Positions 1 through 10,350 of a stretch of DNA of 64,000 bases are shown here, piece by piece. Position numbers and translations under genes: made by a program. The notes beneath the pieces are model-generated. The model ran no database searches. It worked only from the letters and a program-made list of their open reading frames with translations, and was not told the DNA's origin. Source of the DNA: Patellaria atrata CBS 101060 (lineage: Eukaryota); NCBI GenBank assembly GCA_010093705.1, contig MU006092.1, positions 6,623-70,622 of the forward strand, in the 5' to 3' direction. Position 1 is the first letter of the stretch, and every line of letters starts with the position of its first letter.

Positions 1-124
1 AAACGTCCAAACGTCCAAATCACGTGACTCGCTGTTACTCGTTTCATCCGCAGTTCTCCCGAGTGGTGTTCCTTTCTTCTCCTCACTCGTTGTCTACATG
101 TTCCTACAACTTATGGCCGTAACA
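1..124 (-). mobile_element. Terminal 124 bp of an LTR (truncated by window start), related to but distinct from the LTR at 4371-4844
   Basis: Aligns by eye to 4722-4844 (shared acgtccaaacgtcca, tcacgtgac, cctcactcg, tacaactt-tggccgtaaca) and ends in GTAACA. Many of the mismatches are transversions. Confidence 0.85.
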
Positions 125-2390
125 ATATAATTTAAATTTATTAAAAAAAATAAAAATTAAATATAAGATTTATAATAATAATATTTATAATTTTAATAAA
201 ATTAATTTATAAATAAATATAATAAAATTAATAAAAATTATTATAAATATAAAAAAATATATAAAATTTAATTTTATTTAATTAAATAATTAAAAGTAAA
301 TTATAATTATTTAAAATATTTATATTATAAAATATATAATTTTATTTTTTATTATTTATAAAAATTATATTTATATTTTTATATAATATAAAAAAATAAA
401 TATATTATATAATTAAAAAATTTTAATTTATAAAAATATTTAAATAAATAATATATTTAATTTTAAATAATTAATATATAAAAATATATATAATATAAAT
501 ATATTAATTATTTATTTTTAATAATTATAAAAATAATTTTAAAATTTTATATATTTTTTTATTTATTATATATATTTTAATTATTTAATATAATTTATTT
601 TTTATTATTAAAATATAAATACTTTTAATATATTTAAAATTTAATATATTAATAAAAAGAATTTTTTATTAATTTTTAAAAATATATTTTTTAATATATT
701 TATAAAGAAAAATTATTATAAAATTTTTAAAATATTAAATTTTATTTTTATTAATATATAAATAATATTAGATTATTTTAAAATATATTTATATATTTTA
801 TTAAAATTCTTATTATTATAAATATTATAATAATTAAAAACTTTAAATAATATAATAAAATATAATAAAATATTAATAAAATATTAATAAAATATTAATA
901 AAAATATTTATTAAAATATTTATAATATTTTAATAAATAAAGAAAATTTAAAATAATAATAATTATAAAATAATTTAATTAATTATATAATATTTAAATA
1001 TATAAAAAAAATTTAAAAAAAACTTTTAAATTTAATATAAATATAAATTATATAAATTTTTTATTTAATAATAATTAATTTAATATTCTTTATAATAAAT
1101 TATTTATATTAAAAAATTCTATAATATTTAATAATATATAATATTTAATAATATTTTATATTATAAAATTTATATTTATTTAAATATATTAAAAATTCTT
1201 TTTTTATAATTTTTTTAATATTTTTTTTATATATTTTTTATATTTTTTAAATATTTTATTTATATATATTAATATATTATTTAAATAAATATATTTAAAT
1301 ATATTTAAATATTTTTTTAATATATAATTAATTATTATTTTAATATTTTTTTAATATATAATTAATTATTATTTTAGTATTTTTTTAATATATAATTAAT
1401 TATTATTTAAAATATTATTAAAATATTAATTAAATTAAATAATATTATTATATATTTATATAATTTAAATTTTATTTTTTATTTTTTTTTATTTTAATTT
1501 AATAATAATTATTTTTAATATTAAATTTTATAAATTATTTTATTTTTTATAAATTATTTTAAATTTTTAAAATTAAAGATAATAAATATTTATTTTTAAT
1601 TATAATATTTTTTAATTATTTATAATTAATATATAATTTTAATTTATTATATTTTTTTAATATAAATAAAATTATTAAATTTTTATTAAATTATATATAT
1701 TTTTTTTTAAATTTATATAAATATATTTTTTTTAAATATTTTATATTATTTTTATAATAATAAATAAATAAAATTATATTATAATTTTATATTTAATAAT
1801 TTAAAAATATAATTATTATATTTTTTTAAATAAATTTTTTAATTTATAATATTTTTTAAATTTTTTAAATTTTTTAAATTTTTTAATAATTTTTTTAATA
1901 TTTATTTTTTTAAATTATATTATTTTTATATTTTTATATTTATTTTTATAAATTTTTAATATTTTATAATATAATATATATTTTATAAATATATAAATTT
2001 TTATTTATTTAATATATTTTATTTATTTAATTTTATTTTTTTATAAAATATTTTAATTAATTTAAATATTTTTTATTTTTTAATTAATATTTAAATTTAT
2101 TATTTATAATTAATTATTTTTTTAAAATTATATTTATATCTTTAAAATTAATTATAAAAATATATTTAATAATTATTTTTTTTTATATATTAATTTTTAT
2201 TATTATAATTTTAAAGATAATTAAATTTTATTTATAATTTATATTTTTATTATTTTTTAATTATAATAAAATTAGATTTTTAAATTTTTTATAAAATATA
2301 TTTTTCTTTTTTATTTATTAAGATAAAATAAATAAATTATTATTATTATTATTCTTTTATTATATATAGTAATATTTTTTTAAAATATCT
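125..2390. repeat. Extremely AT-rich RIP-degraded block, probably the erased internal (pol) region of a retroelement
   Basis: About 99% A/T, with roughly 23 residual G/C, all in CpT/ApG context. It grades into recognisable retroelement sequence at ~2400-2600. No pol motif is still readable. Confidence 0.75.
1311..1410. repeat. Tandem repeat, ~3 x 34 bp
   Basis: Unit atttttttaatatataattaattattatttta(a/g)t starts at 1311, 1345 and 1379. Confidence 0.7.
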
Positions 2391-3295
2391 TATTATCGTT
2401 TTATAAAGTTTTAAGGAACTTAGAAGCTATATTTTTTAATCGTTTCTAGGCTAAGTGGCTTAGTAGTTTTTTATATAGCCGTGTACTAGGTAATCTAATT
2501 CCCTACATGCTATTTAAGGTAACTTGTCGTGTTTATCGTAGTAAGGACCTTTACGGTGTGTATCATATATAAGTTCTCGACACTCTCGTGCCATGATTGA
2601 GTTATATTCTATGCTGGTCTTGACTCCTGCTCTCCACCTTTGCGCAATATGGTAGTCGCACCATACGTTTTGAATTGCATAGTCGCTAAGGTTTACTTCC
2701 CTACACCTGCTAATGGTGTCCGTGGGTCCCGTGATGGTGAAGTCCGAATCTTCATAGTACTAACCTTTAAAGGGTTTCCTTTCTCCATTATAGGGGTGGA
2801 ATCCTTCCGTCATCTATGGCGGGTCCTCGTGCTGCTTGCACCCTTTTACCTTATAGTCTTCCGTAGGTAGACGTTTATGCGTAGGGTCTCGATCCCTAAA
2901 TCTCGCTGTGGCTTTCTACTATCTATGATATAAGCAGTCTTCTTCTTTGCATTGCATCCATCGAAAGGCTAGACACTGGTCTACCCTTGGTGCAAGATTC
3001 AACTGTTGTTCTTCGACATTCGTGTCGGCGTCGGATTCGATTTCGATTGGTTCCCATTCTCGGAACTCCCGTTCGAGCTGTGATTGTTGCTCCATAATCG
3101 GCACGTGAGACTCGGTCCGTCAGATGTCTGTACTCTGACCCTCTGGCCTTGATTCTGCGCTGGGCATTCTGATGCTGGGCGTGTACATTCGTTTCCACAC
3201 GCCCAACATTGTTGATTGTCTAAACGTTGTCGGAGTGTCTCCTCGAGCCAGTTTCCTGCTGTCGGGAATGGCGTTGGTGGCCTGCTTACCCCTGT

Positions 3296-4324
3296 CTAGT
3301 ATGGTAGCGGCATGTCTTCAATCTCTCCTTCTCCGAGTGGTGAGACTGGTGATGGTGGTGTGAGGCGCATGACTCTGAGTTGCATACGGCGGTTGTGTCG
3401 TGATGGTGGCTGCGTTTTTTGTGGATAGTCTCTCTTGAAGTGTCCCACTTCTCCATACTGTAGACATGCTCTGTTCGCAAAGCGTTCTTTTTCTTCTCGG
3501 GTGAACCGACGTCTCTTTTGTTTCGTCTGTTGTAGTCGGTCGAGGTCCATCGGGTCTCCTTGTTCTTGTCTATATATGACCTTTGTTGCCTTCTTCCTAT
3601 ATCCAACCACAACATTCTTCCGTCCCCCCTTTTCCTGTCTACGCTCATACAACCGATTATCTATTCTAACTGCTAAGGTCACTGCATCCTGTATAGTTGT
3701 GGGTCTTTCGTAATGAACCCACTTGTCCTTCACTTCTTCCTTCAAACCTTAGTAGAAGGCGATCATTAGTGGTTCATCAGGCTAGCCTAACGTTGATGCT
3801 GCCTGTTGGAATGTGGTGGCATATCTTGAAGCTGACCCTTTCTGCTTGAGCCCTTGAAGCTTCCTTTCAGCTGCCTGTTGTTCGTCGACTTCCCCAAAGA
3901 CGTTCTTGAGTGTTTCCTCGAACTTTGGAAACGACGCGAAGATTCCAACCGTCTCATCTTCTTGTTCTTCCTTGCTATTCTCAAGATAGTCCCGTGTAAT
4001 GGGTTCGAACCATTCCAAAGCGTCTCCCTTAAGGTACGCTGATGCATCCAGTACACGTTCACTGTCATCCGTTAGCCCTATTCTTTTGTGATAGATCCTC
4101 ACCTGGGTTAGGAATCCTCTCAGCTCATCTCGTTTGCCATCGTAGGGTGCGGGTTCTTTAACTTTCGCGGTTCTCTTCTATGGCGACAACAGTTGTACGG
4201 TAAGTTGTTCGAGCTAGTCCCTAAGTTCTTGGACTGTTCCTTCACTTTCGAGTTCGTTGATATGTTTATACAACGCTTGGATATGTTCCTTATCCGTCTT
4301 CGTGTTGGCTGCGGCTGACGACAT
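3296..4324 (-). pseudogene. gag: Retrotransposon gag, inactivated by RIP-type stops
   Basis: ATG at 4324, MSSAAANTK..., KVKEPAPYDGKRDELRGFLTQV, YLKGDALEWF, LKQKGSASRYATTF, FY*GLKEEVKD, knuckle CLQYGEVGHFKRDY. In-frame TAG/TAA at positions explicable as CAG/CAA/TGG. Confidence 0.9.
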
Positions 4325-4370
4325 CGTGTCTAGGTCTGTTATACGCTTTCCTACTACGTGGTAGTTATAT

Positions 4371-4844
4371 TGTTACAACGGGAGTCTATACTTATCGAGA
4401 CAGAATAGGATAAGTCTAGAAACGCGCCTGGCTTCTCACTTAACGTGGTCAACCACTAGGGTAGGTTTGGCAAAGTGATAGGATACGTATAACAAAGGCA
4501 CTTCAGGTAATGCTCACAATGAGACAAGACGTACTATATGGAAACAGCGTAACAAATGAAGTCAAGTTCAAAACTGTAACATCCAAATCTATAGGTAAGA
4601 TTGATGGTAAGAATAACTACGAAGAATCTAAATACATGAGGGAAAGACCGTCCTTAAATATTCCTCTTCCTTCATAGTTCAATTTGATGGTCATTTGGTC
4701 GTATGGTCGTCTCCTACGACCAGACGTCCAAACGTCCATGTCACGTGACCCTGCTCACTAGAGTCACCCGTAGTTTCCCCGAGTGATCCCTCTTTCTTCC
4801 CCTCACTCGATAACTGCATGTCCTTACAACTTGTGGCCGTAACA
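4371..4844 (-). repeat. Complete 474-bp LTR (5' LTR of the minus-strand element)
   Basis: Inverted termini TGTTAC (4371) / GTAACA (4844). TATA-like TATTTAA on the minus strand at 4654-4660. It lies 46 bp upstream of the gag ATG. Confidence 0.85.
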
Positions 4845-5312
4845 GTTAGTTCCAAGGTGATATATCTAAGACTATTGTTCATGGTTAAATAAGCTTATAC
4901 AACCGTAGAGATACAGGATTTTAAGGTATAGGGGATGATGTATGCCTCAGGTGTATACACAATGAGTTCAAGGGTTATGCCGCGACATATCTATACCTTC
5001 TCCTGAGTTTTTTTTTCTTTTTTACAAATATCACTCGTTTTGGGTCGGATTATCAGCGTGAAACCATTTTCCATTACCGTGGTTAACCCTCCCCTTAGCA
5101 TTCAATGGCTCCAAGCAAGCGTCGACGAAGAGAGTAAAAGTGGATTCCGCTTTCTTACCTAAAATATTCCTGCTCTCTATGGTCCTTGAATGCGTGCTAG
5201 GCTGTTACGCTTTTGATATGTGTATACTATTATAGGAGTTGCTGGTGCCCGAGTTATCTCTATAAAAGACCGCGATTGACTTGTACTTGTACCTAAAACG
5301 TTCTCGGTGTAT

Positions 5313-6525
5313 TTAACGCTGTTCACCAAGACCGAACATTCTGATAGAGTTATTCCATGCTCTATAATACACTTATTAGACTTTCACAGGGGCATGTTAG
5401 ATAGACTCACGCTGCGCAGACTTCCTGAACTGGTATTTCCTTTATATTGGCTATCACATACGCAACGTGTCTAATGGTTGCTGGTTCATTCCGTCCTTTG
5501 ACCATTAGTCCCTCGGTCCATTTCTCTTTCTTTACGGCCTTGGGTAACGCAGGGGCATCTTTGAGATATTTTGCGGAAGCGTGCGAGGGTCGCATTTCGC
5601 ACTTGGATAGTTAGCAGATTCTCGGTAGAAGGGGTAGAGATTCGCTCAGTTACCCAAGGGCCGTCTGTCTCTATCTGTAAGCGTTCCAGAGGTATCGCTC
5701 TGACAACCTCGATATTCTCCTCTGTCTTTAAGCTACATCCATTGACACCAACGTCAAGTCCCAGGTCAATCAATCTCCGCATCTCTTCCATAGTACCAGT
5801 GAAGCTGTGGACTAATCCTTTCTTTGGGAGCTGTCGGAGTTTAGCGCTGAGAAGACGTTCGAAGTCCTCGCCGGCGGCGCGAGAATGGAGAAACAAGGGT
5901 AACTGTACTTCGACTGCAATCTCCAATTGAGCCCGAAAGTATTTCAATTGCTGATCCTTCGGAGTGAGGAATAATCGGTCGTAGTCCAATCCAATTTCCC
6001 CAAAGGCCACCACATATCCCGCTTCTTTACCCTCGTTTGCTAACTCTTTGATAGCCGTGAGTAAAGCTGATGGTCCATCCGGATATTCATCGAAGTGCTT
6101 AGCTGAGCATGGATGAACGCCAACAGTGGCGTAGGAGAGACCAGCTTACGTATCATTAATGAGCGTGAAATCATGTGTACATCTAAAACTTACCGTACTG
6201 CTTTGCAATGTTAACCGCATGAAGTGATTCCTTCAGATCAGATCCAGTGACCATCATTTTCCGGCATCCGACATTCCGAGCTCTTTGAATAACCGCGTCG
6301 AGGTCATCGGGATGGCTCTGTTTCCCATGATATTCTCCACGAAAGACGGGATCTCCGAGGTTGATACCAATCTACCGTGATAATGTGAGCAGGGGTTTCA
6401 AGGGAATAGTAATTACAACTAACGTCGACAAATCGTAATTGCTTGCCACTTGTGTTGGATGATGTCTCATTCCGTACTACAGCCGCTATGTCAGGGGTAT
6501 GACCAGCTGACTTCCCTGAATCCAT
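5313..6525 (-). CDS. tatD: TatD-family deoxyribonuclease (multi-exon; start uncertain)
   Basis: Spliced product has FVDIGINL, TVGVHP, AFGEIGLDYDRL, PLFLHSR, GLVHSFTG, IETDGPWC, RNEP. Stop TAA at 5313-5315. Confidence 0.9.
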
Positions 6526-7201
6526 CTGTGGTGCTGATATTTTTAGTTACCGTATATTGTAAGGAGAAGGGCATTCACTTCTGACAGAGCAATACAAGTG
6601 CGCCTCGCTCAGGCGGAAAATACGCGAACCTTTCAACGCTCCGATTTGCCTTCCTATGAGGTACATCCAAGCATGTCTTAACTAGGCACGCACTAACAGC
6701 TTATAGACTTGTCTCAATCCCAGAACGCTACCTAATGAGGAGGAGATTGTTACCATGTAAGCATGTAGTTGATACCGGCTTAGGGAGGACAAAGGGGAGA
6801 GACTAGAACTATGCAAACAGTACAAACCATACTCCCAATCGCTTCAAAACTCTGGAATCCTGTAGGTAAATTTAGACTTTCGTAGATCACGGATAGTAAT
6901 AATTACAGTTTGGGGTATCTTTGAAATATACTTTCCGCATTTGTTTGAATCTTGCTGAACCCCAAGACTATTCCATGATATACGAGCTAGTCTTATGTTC
7001 ATAGGATCATTGGAGAGATATTAGATATCCTTTCCACACTGTTACTCCCCTTTGGTGACCTATACCAGTCATAGATATATTTAGTAAGACAAATCTGATA
7101 AGTACATATATACAGTTTTAGTAAGCGAGTCTTGTGTCGTCACATATGTGACTTAGAGTGTTTGCTTTGGCCAGTGGTATAGATTTTGTGGAAATAGAGC
7201 T

Positions 7202-8018
7202 CTAAAGCTGTGCTTTGGGTTCTTTTGTTTCCAGCTCTTCCAGTTCAAGTCCAGCAATCTCATCTTGTTCTACTTCTCCTTCTCCCTCCCCTTCTACTTC
7301 TACTTCTACTTCTCCTGGTAGACCAGTATATGCACTCTGCCGTACCTGTCTCAATGTCGTGACCTCTGCCGTTGCCCATGCTTTCCAGTCTTCCCATGCT
7401 TTGTCCTCTAGCTCCATGCCAACCTCGAGCGCAGTTTTGCCGAAGTACGCCCCAGTATGTAGTGCCTCCTCTTTGGCCACTCGTCGTTCTAATTCTTCAA
7501 GGTTTCTGACCTTATAAAATTCTTTACGAGCTCGGTCGTACGCCAACGCCTTGTCAAGGCCCTCATGGTGCATCAGCCACATTTGGCGTTGAATTACACT
7601 GACCAACAAACATCAGCTCTTGCTTATAGTGTGCGTTATTGAATAAGCCGACCTACCTCTCGCCGTCTAACCTCTTTTCAGGTTGTTGGATTCTACTCCA
7701 ATCCCATCCCTTGGAGTCGTTGCCATCATTTTCTAATACTATTTTAGGTCTTGCGAGTTCCCAAGGATGGTCTGAATAGAAATCCCGCCGTAGTCTATCC
7801 TCGGGGTATGTCAATTGTGCAGGTTGGAACATTCGGCTCGCTTTCCGTTTCACTTTCTTCTCAAGTTGGGTGCGCTGTATAGGTCTGACAAGTATCTGCG
7901 ACGGAGGAAAATCGGCGACGATGTTGTACCATGGTGGAAGGGCACGTAACCGGCCTATTTCGAACAGATGGGTTGCCGTTTGATGGACGCGTGATGGACG
8001 GAAGTCGTACCGACCCAT
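7202..8018 (-). CDS. RSM25: Mitochondrial small ribosomal subunit protein Rsm25 (2 exons)
   Basis: MGRYDFRPSRV, PPWY, YPEDRLRRDFYSDHPWELARP, LDGESVIQRQ, AYDRARKEFY. Intron at ~7602-7656. Confidence 0.88.
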
Positions 8019-8363
8019 TTAAGAATTAGATATGTGTGAGATTTGAGAACGCTTAAGCTCTGTGTGTGGCGATTCCCAATGCCTGCACAGGATGTAAATG
8101 GGCAAAGATTACGGTTATGTCGAGGTTCTTCAGAACGTTACATAGCAGTTCAGAGAAGGCTGCGGGAGAATCAACGCCAAGCCATATTTTCCTGGAGCTC
8201 CAGATAGAACTAGTGCATTTATAGACCTCAAATGTTCCTATTCAAACATCCCACAACGCGCTACAGGCCATATTTTGCTCGTGTATTCTCTCTGAATTGA
8301 ATTTCGAGATCAATTGCGTTTATGGAGCATCATACGGCTCTTTGACACCATGTACGACTTCTC

Positions 8364-10211
8364 ATGTCCTACTTCACTCTGGACCGAGCGACAAGTACCC
8401 GCCTTGCCTCGAAGATAACATCCACTCCCTTCTTAACCTTCCTTTGTCCGATGATGGTTTCATCAGAAAGTCTGGAATCTCATATACGACCCAAACGTCG
8501 TCAATTCCATAGTCGCTCTTCGAAGGGTGCTTCATCCCCTATTGGTTCCATCTTATCCCCGACCATAGACAATTTGTTTATTCAAGCGCTTGTACGAGCT
8601 GGATCCTGCCACAGCCATAGGAATTACGTGAACTCGGGTAATCGAGAACCGTTACATATTACAAATCACCACAGAGCAAGGCGGAAAAGAGAAAAGGCTG
8701 AAGCTGGAAAAGGACATTCTTTCAGTACGAATATCCCAGAACACGGTCCGGCGCAAGCTCAGTCGGTCCCTTATGATATATCACGCGACGAATACATAAA
8801 CTTAGTAGATTTCTACGGGGATTTGTCCTCCGAAAAAGATTCCGCTGGTGGACTTCCGCCTGAACCAAATCGAAACTCCGTTGAAGCCAGGCCTTCTCAA
8901 GATCAATCCCCAATCGAGCCTGTTTTCATCCACCGGGATCAATTCCGGGTAGCAGATGCGTCAGTAGATACAGCTGATGCAGCTTATATAGTGCGTCTCG
9001 AAAAACTCTTACGTAAGAGATCTAGCTCGCATGAAGAAGTATTTCGTACATATAAAGAAATAACCTCGCCTGGTGTCGCCCGTCTGGCGATCCAAACGAT
9101 TCGTAACCTCCTTCACCACATGGCAATAGTCCAACGGAAAGATGAGCATTCTATGCATCGCTACATGGCCATTGTTAACGACATGAATACCGCTGGCATT
9201 GATCTCACTCGGTCGGAATGGGCCGCTGCGGTTCACTTCGTGGGTCGTGGATCACATCGAGGTACCGATATCGACGTGGCCGATGCATTACACCTCTGGA
9301 GAGAGATGGAGCAAGACGCTGGCATCGTTTCTACGCATGCCCATTTTAACATTCTCTTTGACATCGCCACCAAAGCTGGCAAATACGCTCTGGCCGAAAT
9401 GATCCTTCAGGAAATTAACCGTCGACAGCTACCCGTGAACCGCTACCTCCGGCTCTCTTACCTCTATTATCAAGGTCTGCGTCGCGACGGCAATGCCGTC
9501 CGTGCGGCGTACAAAGACCTTGTTGACGTTGGCCATGTGGTCAATACCGCGGCACTCAATACTCTCATCTCAGCATTGATTCTGGCACATGAACCGCACG
9601 CGGCAGAGCTCGTTTTTGCCCGCATGAAGCGCTTACATGCTTCAAAAACATTATCTCACCCTCCTAGGGTATCCTGGCGTGACGCCCGCAGCCTTTCCAA
9701 GCTTCTTGCGGCCGCATTCAAGCACACGGCGAAAGACTCCGAACTCCGCGGCCGCATGCAGGAGATTGTCTCTATTGCTCCCGATGCCATTACATTCAAG
9801 CTCCTGGTCAAACACCACGCAACAACTTCCGGCGACATCGACCGAGTAGCTGCCCTGCTAGACGAAATGCAGGCTGCTCACTTCCCCCTCGATGTCAGCA
9901 TCTTCCACCACCTCTTCCGCGGCTTCGGACTTCATGGAGGCATCAGATATAGTGCGTGGACCAGGTTCCGGCTCGAGAACACTTGGGACGCATACTTAGC
10001 CGCAGTTGAACACCATGTCAAGGGGTTTGACGAGTTCAAGTTGTCAATAGTAGTGCTTGTTCTTGGAGCCTATAAGAAGTGCGCGAAATCGGAGAGAGTA
10101 GTCGAGGTGTGGAGAGAGATGCGGAAGCGGTGGGAACCCGGGAAAGAAGAGGTGGAAGCAGTATATGCTCGCGTTGGAAGGACCGTGGCCCGGTGGCTAG
10201 ATGATGGGTGA
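8364..10211 (+). CDS. Pentatricopeptide-repeat (PPR) protein, probably mitochondrial
   Basis: 615-aa ORF with PPR-like helical repeats (HFNILFDIATKAGKY, ALNTLISALI, PDAITFKLLV). The true start may lie upstream. Confidence 0.8.
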   Translation: MSYFTLDRATSTRLASKITSTPFLTFLCPMMVSSESLESHIRPKRRQFHSRSSKGASSPIGSILSPTIDNLFIQALVRAGSCHSHRNYVNSGNREPLHITNHHRARRKREKAEAGKGHSFSTNIPEHGPAQAQSVPYDISRDEYINLVDFYGDLSSEKDSAGGLPPEPNRNSVEARPSQDQSPIEPVFIHRDQFRVADASVDTADAAYIVRLEKLLRKRSSSHEEVFRTYKEITSPGVARLAIQTIRNLLHHMAIVQRKDEHSMHRYMAIVNDMNTAGIDLTRSEWAAAVHFVGRGSHRGTDIDVADALHLWREMEQDAGIVSTHAHFNILFDIATKAGKYALAEMILQEINRRQLPVNRYLRLSYLYYQGLRRDGNAVRAAYKDLVDVGHVVNTAALNTLISALILAHEPHAAELVFARMKRLHASKTLSHPPRVSWRDARSLSKLLAAAFKHTAKDSELRGRMQEIVSIAPDAITFKLLVKHHATTSGDIDRVAALLDEMQAAHFPLDVSIFHHLFRGFGLHGGIRYSAWTRFRLENTWDAYLAAVEHHVKGFDEFKLSIVVLVLGAYKKCAKSERVVEVWREMRKRWEPGKEEVEAVYARVGRTVARWLDDG

Positions 10212-10350
10212 CAAAAGTTCACTAAGGATGAATATGCAAAAGGTATAAATACAAGCTGAATCCATAGGTAGAAGGCTTTTGTATGTTATGAACGTTCTTT
10301 AGCTAAATAACATTTTTATTGGAGATTTTTGGGAATGACACGTGCAGACT

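Larger units (their letters stand above)
2400..4844 (-). mobile_element. Ty3/gypsy (chromovirus-like) LTR retrotransposon remnant: 5' LTR, PBS, gag and post-gag region
   Basis: LTR with TGTTAC...GTAACA termini, retrotransposon gag motifs, zinc knuckle, and downstream CX4CX2H-like motifs (WMQCKEEDCLYH). Confidence 0.9.

Noticed and set aside
125..2390. AT block as mitochondrial insertion, contamination or centromere core
   Set aside because: LTR/gag context, the gradual transition and CpT-only survivors fit RIP. Centromere identity cannot be judged from this window.
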